The notes beneath the pieces were generated by a model, which was given only the letters and a program-made list of their open reading frames with translations, was not told where the DNA came from and made no database searches. Shown in pieces: positions 1-13,728 of a stretch of DNA of 64,000 nt (its first letter is position 1; every line of letters begins with the position of its first letter). Source of the stretch: Camelus dromedarius (Eukaryota). The stretch spans positions 28,956,001-29,020,000 of the forward strand of contig NC_087436.1 of assembly GCF_036321535.1 (NCBI RefSeq), in the 5' to 3' direction. A program made the translations under genes and the position numbers.

Positions 1-163
1 CCTCAAGACTAACAATCTCCCTGAATTATTTTTATTATTTTAAACTATATTATTGACATCAATTTAATGTAACTACAGTTCTTCTTTCCATGCCCCCTCC
101 CCATGGCTCATTTTCAACTCAGTGTCTTTTATTTGTATAATTTGGTTTCGGTGTATCTTCAGC

Positions 164-174
164 TTCTTTTTCCT

Positions 175-258
<84 letters not shown>

Positions 259-292
259 TCCTTCTTTCTTCCTTCCTTCCTTCCTTCCTTTC
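164..292 (+). repeat. (TTTC)21 microsatellite followed by (TTCC)n
   Basis: Pure TTTC units at 177-260, then TTCC units; explains the FLSF ORFs at 103-337. Confidence 0.98.
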
Positions 293-2586
293 AGTATGTC
301 ATATTGCTTTTTCTTCTCTTATCAAGCTAGAGAATAATGTTTCTTCCCTATGATGGTGTCTCCCTCTGACCAAGAGATAAATTTTCTGACCCAACATTTG
401 CTAACAGACAGTAGGCATGGACTTTTCCTTGGGTGCTCTCATTTCCATGAATTAGCTGAGAAAATAAAGGCACAAGACAAACAAAAGCATGCACATGTGT
501 AGAGCTGGCGGACTACAAGTCATAGAGGAATTTCATTTATCTTGGATAATATAGGACCTGCCCCTACTCTTCATCACTTATTTTTATTTTAAATAAGGAA
601 TAAATGAAAATTTACAATATCTAATATGTCAGTTGCCAAAACACTTTCTTTTCACCATATCATGAAAGCTTAAGTATAAAGATCTCAATACTCTTTCCAT
701 CAAATTGCGATGAGGGCTTCTTCAAATAATGCAAGAATTTTCTGTCTCCTTCAAAATGCAATATATTTGCTGTAAAAAGGTAATAGCTAGGAATTTTGAT
801 GAGCAGAAACTCTGATCTCTGAGACAGGGCGTAAGGTTACAAGAATCTTTCACCTTTCGTAAGGTTGGCAGGTTTTTGTTCCGTTTCATAGAGCACAATA
901 AGCTTAAACCACTAAACAGAGTTCTCAATGCAACACAATAGGTTTGTATTATATGGCCATTCCTCTCCAATTTTAGCAAGATTTATCATTAGTTACATTG
1001 TTAGACCTTGCAGGCTTATATATTTTTTTGTTTTTATTCATAGATACATCAGTGGCAGACTGAATAAACTTTATCACATGCTGATTTAACTATCTGTCAG
1101 AAATACTTCGGAGTTCTATAGCTACGTGATCAGGTGATGGACTCATGCAGCTGTCTTCCCTCAGTAAATATTTTATTTCTAAATATTTCTAGCAATATTA
1201 GGTGTTTTCTCCCATCCAAAATGAATTATTTAATTGTGCCAGTCATACATGAAAGTGGTCAAGATGTTTCATAAAAATTATCATTTATTTGGTTTAACTT
1301 TTAACTTCCTAAGAAAATGAAAAAGGTTGTTTTTTCAGATTTGTTCATTTTGTAAACTTCCAAAACTTTTTGAAATGTAGACTCTTCTTGCTTTGAGCTA
1401 TAATCTTTCCTCAGAAAAAAATGAAAACTCCTATGGTCTAGAAATATTTCAATCCTGGAATGTGATGCAGGGATGAAAAGTTAAAACAGTGGAACATATA
1501 ACTTGCAGTGAGGAAAGGACTCTTTATTTTTATCACAATTTTTAAGATCACAACTACTATGTCTAGGTAGGAAAAACTCCTCAAGAACAAAAGAGAAGAG
1601 TCTCATTCAATTGCTGTTCAAATGCCATATGTATATTTTTAAGTTCTGTATAAATCCTGAAATGCTTTTTTAGACCCTAGTAAAAGTGTTTTCTTTAAAA
1701 TAAACAGTGCACTGGGGCTTCAGGATGTTTCTTCCTGAGAAAGAAAGTAACTCTGAATCCTTAAATAACTTACCTTTCAGTAAAAGGTAGCCATGGGATA
1801 TGTTCACAGATGAGCACATGATTTATAGCACTTAAAGGCAAACTTGATGTTTTATTCATTGAAAATCATGAAACTGCCTTGAAACCCTTTCTCACAAACA
1901 TAGTCCCTCGTTTGCTTACTAAAGAAAAAGGAATATAAAGAACTGTATTTGAGAAGAGAACCACAAATACATTTCCCCCTAAATTTCCAGGATCTTCTGG
2001 CTTTTCCTTTGAAGACTACAATGCTCCCAAAATATTTTGGAAATTTCACGCAAAAATTTTCAGTTGAAACAAAAACTGTAAAGTTAAACTACAATATAGC
2101 AGCCACAGTAATTCAGGAATAACTGTTTTCTTTTTTTTCCCCTCAGAATGAGATCATCATTATGATTGTAAAACTACATTTTATGTAATAAGGACTTTAT
2201 TTCAGGCGCAGAATTCTACATGGCAGTTGTAGAAAAATCGTCTTTTGTGCCACACGGATCCCAGTTTCTCCTGATAAATGCTATAAAGGATTGGTAGGGC
2301 CTGGTTCTATCATCCTTACTCCAGCATAATCCCTAATTATGAAAAATTGCAGTAATCAGAAACAAAATAAAATCTTTTAAATCTAGGAATTATATTTCAG
2401 TGATTAGAGTGTTCCTAAATCATCATAAATGCCTATCACAAAATTCCGTCAGCGAGAAACAAATGTTGAGATGAGAAAAAAGGGAAGAAGGGTCCATTAT
2501 TACTTATTTCTCTACTTTTGTTGTCTCCTTCCCAGAATAAAATGATTGTAATGAGAAAAGTTTCATTAAAACTCCCTCTCTCTCTA

Positions 2587-2625
2587 ACACACACACACAC
2601 ACACACAGACACACACACACACACA
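2587..2625 (+). repeat. (CA)n microsatellite
   Basis: CA run with one GA interruption. Confidence 0.95.
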
Positions 2626-5394
2626 ATATGTGGTACAAGTTTTTTAAAAAGCCTAGAGCTGATATTCTTGGTCATGCAACCTCTTAAATGGCCTCATTAA
2701 CTAGGCTAATAAAACCTAATGAAGTAGGCATTCATTGTCCTGCAAGAAGGTTGTAAGACAAACTTTGTGGTTCAGTTATAGTTGTTAACAGTAATTTTAG
2801 TATTTAATTGTCATTTTCAGTGATTTACCCAATTTCCCTTCCCTACTTTCAGATAAAGAATAGGCCACTGGGTAAAAGGAAAAAATATTTGCGTGAGTGA
2901 GATCTCTGAAAAAGGCATTCACTGGGAGGTGAGAAGTTTTTAGACTTGAAGCAGCAGCAGCTCAGAAAAATACCTTAGGATCCACAGGAGGGTCCGTTTC
3001 CATGATAAGCATGATTGGATATCCCTCATCGTCCAGCAATGTGGTGCTTTTAGGAATAGTTGTGAACACGGTGAACATGTAACATACACACAGGTATGTT
3101 TACAATGCTCTAAACCCCAAGAGAAAACTCCCACAGCTAACAGTGGCAATGTCTGAACCTGGGAAAGCAAAGGCATCAATACAGAGTGAAAAACACTTTG
3201 GGATAAAGCAGAACTGAGCTCCAACAGCAATCATAGGAGACCAGAGTCCAGCATCTCTAGTAGGATGTGATCTATGAACCATCTGCATCAGAACTGCTAC
3301 CTAAATCAGAACTCTGGAGGAAAGGCCTTGAAATTTTTAACAAGAACTCCACATAAGCCTCCTGCATGCTGGAGTTTGAGACCCACTGAATTAGGTTTAT
3401 CTGTCCCCTGTATACTTGAGCCAGGAGGGTTTGGACAAATAGGAAGAAAGGAGCCTTAAAAGAAAGCACACTGTATTCCCTGCAAATTAGACTGAAGGTC
3501 AGATACTCATCTGTTGCTTGAAAAATAAATGTTGACACTCTATTTATATGCTCAAGTGTGTGAAGCAAATCTATACAGTTCATATCCATTTATTATCAAC
3601 AATGTCTTCTCCAGTGCTGCACAGAGCCATCATTTAAAGAACTATTTAATCTTGTTTGCAGTGAAAGGCGATATATCTACATGTACACTATATCTAGATA
3701 TAGCTATATCTATATATACACCTATATATGTGATTTTATGTATGAATTAATCTTGTCCAGTTATACAGATTCAAACCCTGTCTCCCAAGATGCTGCCCAA
3801 TGTCAACTCCTCCCATGAATCTGTCAACTAGAAGAAAGTTCTTCTTCTTCTGAACCCCAAGATCGTATTACCTAGACCTTTCATGGGGCTTCATCAGCTG
3901 CTACCAGAACTGATCAGTCACAATGCATTATGAAGGCAAGCAGGACCCAAGAGAAAGTAAGTAAAATAAGAAAGTTGGACACAGGTTGGGACAGGAATAG
4001 AACTCCTTTTCAGGTTGCTGTTGACTGGTCATATTACTCAGACAGGAGCAAAATAACCGAAGGTCAGGGAGACATAATTACCAGAGTAAGAGGAATCGGG
4101 TTCTAGGATCAAGGACTAGAGGGGACAAATTGGAGAGGACGGTGTACAGCTGGAGTTCACACCCATTCTTCCCCTGGCTGGGGAGCAGTGGGCTAGAACT
4201 GGAAGAGTGTTAGAATAAACTCAGCTCAAGTGTGCTGAATGGTGATGAGAGACAAATTATGATCACCGGTTGCATACAGGACCAGAATTTCCATAAGCCA
4301 GAGATGCAAAGGGGACGTGCCAGAGAAATAAGCCATGGGGAGTCAGTTTATCAATACTATAGCTTTGAGGTTATTAAGTTGTATAACATTTTCACATGCT
4401 TGACTTGAGAAACATGGCATTAGAAGTTTATTTCTAAATAATTTTTCCTAATTGAGAATACCTCCAAGTTAGATGTCAGTGTTTCAAGACTGCAAATCAA
4501 GAGACTTCAGACAGGACAATTTAACATCTAGAATTTGGTGAGAGGTTAGGATTTATCACTTTTTGTCTTTTCTCATTTACTCTAATATAAGTAAATCCCT
4601 TAGAGTTATTATTTACTTCCAATGTTATTAGTGCTCTGCATTTTATAAACAAGGGACTCAAAATAAATTTTAAATTAATAATCAAAAAGCAGTGTTTTAT
4701 GAAATTAAGCTCTTCAAAAAATTCTCTCAGTTATACTGAAACCAAGTCAGAGACAACGAAATGAGAAGATTCATACTGTCCTTTACAATGCCTTATTCAG
4801 AATACAAATATAAAAAAATGTTTTGTTGTAGAAAATATCATCTTATGATTATTGAATGTATAATTATGTATAAAGGGATGTGTATGTTTAAATGTATATG
4901 GATATTGAGATCCTTTTATTTCAGAGCCCTTGCATTAATTTTTAACTGAATACATTGCAATATGGTTCTTTAAGACCATTTTATTGGTTTTCTATAAAAG
5001 TTACCTGTTTTATTATTAACTAAATTTCCAATCAATACTAATAGTATAAATTCAACTGTACCTGAGAATTTGTAACATTGTCTCCATGGGCATGCAGGAG
5101 GAGGGAAATTTGATGATTCTATTTGAATGTTAAGAATGTATCTCCCCACCCCATTCCCATCCCAGGTGACAGTTTTCCCAGCAGCAATAATAGACAGAGA
5201 TTCATCTTTTGTGTTAAACACTTCTGGTCACCAGTGATTTATTATCTTGTTCCCTGCATTTCTACACACACCTGCAAAAGAAGGATGTCTTTGTGTCAAT
5301 CTCTGCTCCTTGTTTTGCAAAAGATAGTTGACAATAGTTTCTAATTAATTACAACCCCATCTGAAAGCAGAAACGATGGCTGTATGACCCCTGA

Positions 5395-5500
5395 CTGAAA
5401 ACACAGTGCCCACTATATTGCCTAGCACAGAATAGGTACTCAGGAAGGATATGTTGGATGCATACATGCCTAGTTCAATTAACAAGTAACTGAATGAAAA
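5395..5500 (+). mobile_element. L2 3'-end remnant
   Basis: 'gcctagcacagaataggtactcaggaaggatatgttggatg...tgaatgaa' resembles the L2 3' terminus. Confidence 0.5.
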
Positions 5501-6813
5501 GAGTAGGGGAAGATCTACAATCTGATGTTCCTTTTGATAGAAAGTTGACTATTGTTAAATCAGAAACTTATTTACTAGTTTCCTTAAGTCAATACATTTT
5601 TCATGTGCCTTTTAGGCTGGATAAAATGGACCACGGAGAGAAAGCTGTATATACTAGCAAACAAATATAAGGTCATAAATATCTTCCAAAAGAATGCTTC
5701 AGATTGAGTGTCATGACATATTTGCTACCTTCCTGATTCAATATATGTCGTGTGTCTGTGTGTGATTGAGTTTTAAGGCTTATTACTGCTTTAAATATGC
5801 CTAAGGAAAGAAAGATTCCCATGTGTTTTCTAACTGGCTCCACTTTGCATACCCATCTTACAAAAAGCACACAGATAGTGTTTCATTGTAGATTGAAGGA
5901 CTGCCATAATGCACACTGCATCATTGTTTCTGAATCAGCGGTAACAAGAACAGTGTTGCCATTAGTGTGACAAGGGCTAAAGCAATTAGATTTAAACTTG
6001 ATGAAATAGCTGTACCATCCATTTACTAGATCATGTTGAAACATTTCCACATCCTTTTATGTGTTTGTAATGGCAGGTGCACTGTGTGTTAGCCCTAGTG
6101 TTCTTCTCTGGCACCCTGACTTGTAACCATGCATACAAAGAACACATTATAGCCTCAAGAGACTGATTATCTCTATTGTCATATCTCTCCATGGTACCAC
6201 ATAATTGTTTCAGCTGCAAGTAGATCCTGAAATGCTTAATACTGCACACTGGATGAATGTCTGCTCAACCTTCCAAAATACTAGAGATTATCCAATGGGG
6301 AAAAAAGGCCTCTTTAGAGGCATTAAGGTTGCAATGCATTCTTTATGTGCTGACCTGTGAAAGCGCAGATGTTGTTGCCAAAACTAGCAAGTCAAATGGT
6401 AGCCACTAAAGAATTCATAGGAACTAGGTAGTGAAGAAATTTCTTCTTCAGTGATTTGGACTGTATATTGTAAAGGAGTGATTTCATCTACCATAAATAC
6501 ATAATGGTTTGAATAGATAAAAATGAACATGACTTTGATGCTTTGGCTGTTGGCTATTTAGATGCCAGTCTTTTATTTACATTTTCATTACCTCCTATAG
6601 ATAATATGCATAAGGATGTCTACCTTCAGCTGCTAATGGCATAAAATAATCATGAGTGAAGCCTTCTTCCTAAAAATATATGTGTGTTTAAATTTGAAAT
6701 ATCTTTATTTGAATTCTCAACAACCAAAAGAAGTAAGCAAACTCATTTACATTAGAATTTTCCTCTTAATCAAATCTTACTTAACCTTTTATCAGATGTT
6801 TTTAGAGTTATAT

Positions 6814-7296
6814 TGAGGCGGGAAGCCCCATAAAAAGATTGGCAGGACCCCCAGGCAGGGCCACTACTCTCCTGCCAGCACCATCTGGTTCCCTGGCCCA
6901 GAGGCTCTATCTCACTTTTTGCCTCTGAAATGGCTTATCCCTAAAATTCTATTGGTTCCCTGAGCTCACTCCTGATTGGTTATTTCTCTCCCTCCTGATT
7001 GGTCTATTTCTACAAAGCTTGTTCCTAATTAGTCAACTTTTGTTATACCTTATTTGCATATGATGTTGCAAAGTGTAAACTGCAGCCTATAAAAGCCTGT
7101 ATAAACCTACAGACAGGCTCTAGAGCTTGGAGTGTTAACTCCTATGGGCCTGCTGGTATAATAAACCTGAGTTCTCCAATTATCCGAATGCTGCTTGGTC
7201 TCTCTCCGGGATCCAAGTTGCTATCACAGCTGAGCTATAATACCGAGCTGTAACACTGAACTATAACACTGAGCTGTAACACATTTTTCGGCAACA
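6814..7296 (+). mobile_element. Solo LTR, ERV1-type, relatively young
   Basis: TG...CA termini with a perfect 4-bp TSD ATAT (6810-6813 / 7297-7300); three ATTGG (inverted CCAAT) boxes, TATAAAA ~7088, AATAAA ~7160, tandem 13-mers in U5. Confidence 0.9.
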
Positions 7297-8579
7297 ATAT
7301 AATGATGGCTCAGTTAAAACACGGTATTTTTGATTGTTAGATGGTGCCTGAAACTGATGCTCTTCTAATTATCGATTTTCTACTTATGTGATAGCTAGGC
7401 TACACTTGCACTGGTTTCAGAATTAAGCTGGAATATGTTTATAATATCAGCATATAAAAAGTAACACCTTATTAAAAAACTGGAAAAAATAAAGTACTGA
7501 ATGCATAAATTGTATTGGTGTTTATATCTTGAAGCCAGTGATGTGGCCAAATTGAGTTACAAAATTCAGTTTATGTTCATGAAGTAAACAATTATTGTTT
7601 TAAAGTTAATCATTTGAATATTGTCCATACCATATAGTGAAATGAATATCTATGGTCTATAAATATTTTAGTAAATATTTCAAGAAACAGAAATATGTGT
7701 TATGGCATCTTTTGACTGTGAATAACTGTTTCTATTTAATGAGAAAATGCAATAGCACCATTTCTGGAGACTGCCTACTTTTCTTCAATTCTCCTGCTGT
7801 TTCTACACTTAAATATTTTCTTTACAGGCACTAATTTGTATGCCAGTGTAGTACTGGATTGACAGGTAAATTACCCTTTATAAACATTAAGAATATTCAC
7901 CAGAGAAACCATTATACTTAAATACATCACAGAGCTTAGTTTTTTTTTTTTTCCTTGACCTTAGTCATGAAAAATATTACTTTTGAATCTGTAATGGAAA
8001 TGAACATAAATTATAACATTATTTAAAAGAGGTTCTCCTCTCCTATACAATAGAAAACACAAGAAAGCCAAAGTTGCAACAAGAAAATAACTAAGCTCTG
8101 ATTCTTCCCTTTAGAAATCAGTATGCACAACCTCAAATTAACTGCAAAATCTTTGTATATGACCCAGGCAATAGAACATACACCAGTTGTTACCTCTGAT
8201 CTGCCAGAGAGTTAATTTCTGGATTTGGCTGTGGTGTCTGCCAAATATAATTCCGGGCTTGTACCATCTTTTTTTGCTGCTGTTGTTGTAGCATATTTTA
8301 TTGTACTTTCAAAAGAGATCTGTAGCCATGCCTTCTGGAAACAACTATTAGGCTGGCACCTTGGAAGTAGTATATCAGGTTACATGAGTGTTTCACTTTG
8401 GTCACAAATAAAACATTTGAAAGAGAGTCTTCAGAAGTTTCTAGAAAACTTCTGAGGGATTTACATTACATGAATTATTGAAGTCAAGTTATTATATTTC
8501 TATATAGTTATAGTTGCCTAAAGTTATATTTATTTTTACTTCTATAAATATAACTATATAAATTTCAATGATAATATTT

Positions 8580-8700
8580 ATAATAATACTGCTAACATTT
8601 TTTAGTACCTCCTAGGTGCCTTCACATTTGTTAGCTGACAACAAAACAATGGGGTAAGTAACAATGTTATCCCTCACTTTATTATAGAAAAATCTGGGGT
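8580..8700 (-). mobile_element. MIR SINE remnant
   Basis: 'aataatactgctaacatttttt...tgttatccctcactttattatagaaaaatctgggg' resembles antisense MIR core. Confidence 0.45.
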
Positions 8701-9309
8701 CCACCTGAAGCATAAAAACAAATTAGGGTAAATTTTGACTTTTTGTGCACTACATATAAGCAACTATTTACATAAATAGGCTGAAATCTAGTACTGTTTC
8801 TACCAATAATATATTCTATACCAGATAAGCCATTTATTATTTCTCATTTGGAAAAATTTTCCTCATTTGGAAAATGAGGAGCTCTAAAGAGAGAGAGAAA
8901 GAGAGATCTGTCCTAAAGCACTTAACTTAAAAATCCATGTATATCTACATTAGCTTACTGAATATTTTTACTTAATAATTTAAAATCATTGTGTAACTTT
9001 TTTGTTTCTGTTTTCCTAAATGTGATATTCTATAAAAAAGAGGAATATTGACATTAATACACTAAAAAGACAATGTACTTACCTATTAATTCCCACAAAT
9101 GTATTTCTGAAATGTATGAGTAAAGACGAAGAAAGGCAAACTGGAACACAGCAGCCCACATCAGGACAGGAACTCTCAATTCCTTGTTGGATTGAGGTGA
9201 TACGCCTTTAGAACAGCCTGGCTAGGACAAAAGTAAATTTCTTTCTGTAGTAAAGTCACAGCATCAGGAAGCTCTAATCATTTCCATAATTTTGTCACAT
9301 ATTATATAA

Positions 9310-10680
9310 TCAACACAAAATTGTCAAATAAAAAACTGATAAAATAATACATATAGAAATGCAAATATCCAAAATTAGCCAAAAAGAATCTTAAAAATCA
9401 AAATCAAAATTGAAAATTTACTTCACTCACTAGCAAGTCTTATTATAAAGCTACAGTAATTAGAATAATATGGATTTATTACATATAAAAACATGTGGAC
9501 CAATATAATAAAAAATAATGTTCAGAAACAGATGAATGTAGATATGCAAACTTGATTATTAACAAAAGTAGCACTATGGAGGAATGAAGAACAGATAATC
9601 TTCAATAAGTTGATACCTTTATGGAAAAAACTGTTTTTGAAAACCAATAAAGAAAGTACATGGAGATAGAAAAGTATATGGTGAAATCCACATAGGTATA
9701 TTATAGAGTTAACATTCAAAGTTAAAAAAATAAAGTTTTTAGAGGGAAATATAGGTGAATATATTAATTACTTGAACTTCAACAATGTTCCTTAATCATG
9801 ATATATAAAACACTACCTATAAAATAAAATATTTAAAAGTTGGGTTATAATAAGAATTTATGCACAAAACAGACACCATTCAGGTCATAAAAGAGAAGCT
9901 ATAGAATGAAAGAAGATATTTCAACACATAAAAACCAAAAAGAACTTGTAATCACAAGATGTTTATTGAAATCTTATAAATTAATAAGAAAAACAAACAA
10001 ATAAATATTAAATTAATGTATAAATTAGTAGATAAATGGCAAAAGAATTAAACAGGCACTTTACAAAACAACAAATCTAAATGCTCAGTAAGCCTCTGAA
10101 AAGATGCTGAACCTACATCAGAAGAATGAAAATTAAAACTATAATGAGTACACAACCACACACATGTACACACACACGCATGTAAGAATAGCAGAGCAAA
10201 AACAAAAACAACATAAAAAGAGCAACATAAGAAAACAAAAACAAAACTCGGCAAGTTTTGTTGAAGATGTAGAGCAAAGGGAAATCACATCGCCAGTGGG
10301 AATGTAATTGGGTACTACCTCTTTGGAAGATCGGTGGTATATATTAAGCTGAACGTACTCAAAAATTATATATTTATGTATGTATAATATAAATGGTCCA
10401 TATATATCAAGACATAAGTCCAATGTCCATCAACACTAGAAATTATAAATAAATTGTAGTATATTCCAACATTCATTACTATTTAGAAAAAAAATGAATG
10501 GACTAGTGTTATATATAAAACATGGCAAAATGTAGGAACAAATAACTTAGATGGTTTAAGACATATAAAAGAGTATATAATATATGAGTCTATTTAAATA
10601 ATGTTTTAAAATAGTACAAACTTACAAGAGCAGCATTTACTTTTTGAAGCGTGGGAGGGATTGAGAGAGGGCAAACCATT
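9310..10680 (+). mobile_element. Old L1 (L1M-type) ORF2 3' end and 3' UTR
   Basis: Degenerate L1 motifs: 'tattataaagctacagtaattagaa', 'gaaagaagatatttcaacacata', 'gatgtagagcaaagggaaatcacatcgccagtgggaatgtaattgggtac', 'aatgtccatcaacactagaa'. Confidence 0.85.
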
Positions 10681-10689
10681 TCTGTCTGA

Positions 10690-10758
10690 AATAATACAAA
10701 CTTATTGTTTGAAGCTGCAAGCATTATGGTAATTTGTACACAATAATAGATAACTGGT
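10690..10758 (+). mobile_element. MaLR (MLT1-type) LTR 3' fragment
   Basis: 'ttgtttgaagctgcaagcattatggtaatttgtacacaataatagataact' resembles the MLT1 3' terminus. Confidence 0.5.
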
Positions 10759-12059
10759 TCACCACATATTATGCTATTAAGCTCTGAGTCAGAATGAAAC
10801 TGTTTTTAGGTCTATCCCTGGCTAAACGCAAAGCCCCCTTTTACAAAGAACAACTGTTACTATAAAATATATTTACTAAATTGAATGCCAGAGATCTTAT
10901 TCTCTCACATGTGTGTTTACTCCATTTTTGAACAGTCTTAGTTATTAAAAAATTAACCTTCTGTTAAGAAAAAGACTCCATAATTTTCACTTATTTTTCC
11001 TAATTCTGCATGTTAGCAGTACAGTAAAATGTAACTTTCTTCTAATAGGACAACCCTGCACACATGTGGGAAGCAAACTGTTAAGACTTATTTTAGGTAT
11101 TTGTACCTCTATGGCTTCTGCACATTCATCCAAAATACAACTTCAGCATTTCTGCTAATTTTATCTACTAAAATTTTCCAGAAAGAAGAAATTTTAGTGA
11201 GTTCCTGCTAAGAAACGTCAAACCAAAAGGATTAGTATTGCCCTAGGTTCTAAAGGTCAATGGGTTTGTTAAAGAGGGAGGGTGAGAGATTTCCTGAAGC
11301 AGATTTCCACCATCAGAAATGCCCTTGTTGCTTCCCAGAAGCCCAAATCTGCAGGCTGCTCACAAGGCCATATTTATAAATCTTTTATGAAAGGGTCAAG
11401 GCTAGGGTATGACAATACAAGCCATCATTACTAGAAATAACATAATAGGTCCTGCTGAAGGTTACCAGGGTAGGTCCAACACACATGGTAACAAAGCAGA
11501 ATTACCTATACTAGTTAAACAAGAGCCATTAGGATTGTTATAGTTGAATTTCATCTTTCTTAATCAATAACCTATCATGAACTACATCACAACTCATTGG
11601 AGTATATTTAAATAGTCCTTAGAGAAATTCAAAGCATGCTCAAGTCTAAAAAGCTAGACTTGACAAATATAATCATTAACAAAGAATCCAGGGCTAAGTT
11701 AATCAAGTAGACATGGATGATGAGATAATTGGTGATACTGGTTGCAGATGTGAAGAAATTATTCAGATATGCAGCGTACTTTCACAAGAAGCAGAAGTAA
11801 GAGGTGATAAAAAATAATGGATGATAAAATGAGAAGGTCCTAACTTAGCCTTACTGGATTTCAGAAAAAAATAAATAAGAGAGAAAATGATTGACAGCCT
11901 AAATTAAAGAAATACAATAACTGAGAATGATCCAGAATTGATAAAAAGAAAACAAAACAAAACATGAATGTTCTTATTTAGGAAGCACAAAACACACCAA
12001 ACAAAACACATTAAAAATTTCCATACTACAAGAGATTGTACTTTTACAAAGACGACTGC

Positions 12060-12622
12060 ATCAGTCTTGTACTCAAACGCTTTTCTATAATGCAACCATA
12101 CCACTCTCCCACCAAGAGGAGAAACTGAATTCCTTTCCCTCTGAACCTCAGATGGCCTTGGGACTGGTTTGTAAACCAACAAATGTGAGGGAGGCGATGT
12201 TGCCTGGCTGCCTGCAGCATGGTCAGAAGAGGTCATGGGGCCTCCTCCTCTTTTCAAATGCTTACTCTTGGCAAGTTTCCTCTCATAAATCTCCCTCTGG
12301 GAAGATTCAGCCCGAGGCTGTGAGAAGCCCCAGCTCAAGCCACACGGAGAGGCCACACATAGGAACTGCACCCCACTATTCATGCTCAGCCCAGCCTTCC
12401 TGGCATCAACGCAGCCAGCAGCCGAGGTGTCAGGCATTTAAGTGAAGGGGCCCCCTGACGATTCCAGCCCCAGAGGTTCAAGTCCCTGCTGTGGCCCCAG
12501 GTGTTCTGGAGCAGAAAGAATCCAGCCCTCCTGGGCTCTCCCTGGATTCTAGGCTGCATAGTCCCTATACGCCTCGTAAAATAGTTGTTTTATGCCACTA
12601 AATTTAAGATGCTAACTGGAAC
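12060..12622 (+). mobile_element. MaLR LTR (MLT1E/F-like)
   Basis: 'ccactctcccaccaagagg', 'tggccttgggactggtttg', 'gctgtgagaagcccc...ccacacggagaggccac', terminal 'gttgttttatgccactaaattt...taactggaac'; accounts for ORFs 11904-12445. Confidence 0.8.
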
Positions 12623-13306
12623 GCTTACCTAAACACGTGGCAGTTTCCCTGAAGAATTAAAAAAAATGTGGGAGGCGGGCTGATTCAAGGAGGAATCATG
12701 GTGTTCTTTTGTCTCCCCTTTCTCTCATATCCTCAAAGAGGTGGTCTTTGGATTGATTAACAGCTCTTGTCCCTGAAATGCTTAGTCATGTTTAATCCCT
12801 TTGCATACATACTTACCCATAGTGTACATAGAAAAACCCAAAAGGGGCCTAAATCATAATGTTAATTATAATACAATGGACATTGCGTCATGTCTGATTA
12901 AGTCCTTTCTGCTACCCTGCTGTTAGGACTTAATCGTGTTTGTTTGTTTGTTTTGCTGGCACTCGTTAGGAGGAGTAAAGACCCTTAATGCTGGAGGCGG
13001 GCGTACCACCATATTCTGGACAATCCTCCCTCTTCCCCACCTATCTGCACGGTGCCCCCACTTACCTAACTACCTAACAGATACATGAATAGCAAATTAT
13101 CAGATGGACTTTGCAGATCCTCTAATTTCCTTTTTTTTTAATTTTTTAGATGGTGCATTTAATTTAATTGCATTATTTCTGGCCAAGAAGTTTTCTTTTT
13201 TTAGTTGACAAGTAATTTCTCTAACAATTATCTATACCCACCAAATAATAATATTAATTAATTTAAATATATATGTTTATATACACTAGTGTATAAAATA
13301 TATTTA

Positions 13307-13656
13307 CAGTCATCCCTTGGTATCTGTGGGGAATTGGTTCCAGTACCCTCTAGGAATACCAAAAATTCAGATTCTTAAGTCCCTGATATAAAATGGCATA
13401 GTATTTGCATATAATCTACACATATCCTCCCATGTACTTTAAATCATCTCCTTGTACTTATAATATCTAATACAATGTAAATGCTATATAAAATAGTTGT
13501 AAATACAATGTAAATTCTATATAAGCAGTTGCTGGTGCTCAGTGAATTCAAGTTCTGTTTCTTGGAAATTTCTGGAATTTTTTTTTCCTGAATATTTTTG
13601 GTACATGGTTGGTTGATTCCCAGGATGTGGAACCCATGGATAGCGAGGACCAATTA
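13307..13656 (+). mobile_element. MER2-like non-autonomous Tigger (TcMar) DNA transposon
   Basis: Starts after TA with 'cagtcatcccttggtatctgtgg', has internal 'gtccctgatataaaatggcatagtatttgcatataa', and ends in an inverted terminus 'cccatggatagcgaggaccaatta'. Confidence 0.9.
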
Positions 13657-13702
13657 TGTACATGTATAAAAACACAAACCTTATAGAAATAAATGGACAA
13701 AA

Positions 13703-13728
13703 TGTGTGTGTGTGTGTGTGTGTGTGTA
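13703..13728 (+). repeat. (TG)n microsatellite
   Basis: Pure TG run. Confidence 0.95.

Noticed and set aside
103..337. ORFs of 71-75 aa rich in F/L/S
   Set aside because: Translation of the (TTTC)n microsatellite.
7232..7283. CRISPR-like repeat array
   Set aside because: Spacer-less tandem 13-mers inside an LTR in mammalian DNA.
8843..8879. 13-bp direct repeat and small hairpin
   Set aside because: Micro-duplication within a MIR-like remnant.
11904..12445. Longest ORF (177 aa) and its antisense partner
   Set aside because: Lie mostly within an MLT1 LTR; no recognisable protein.
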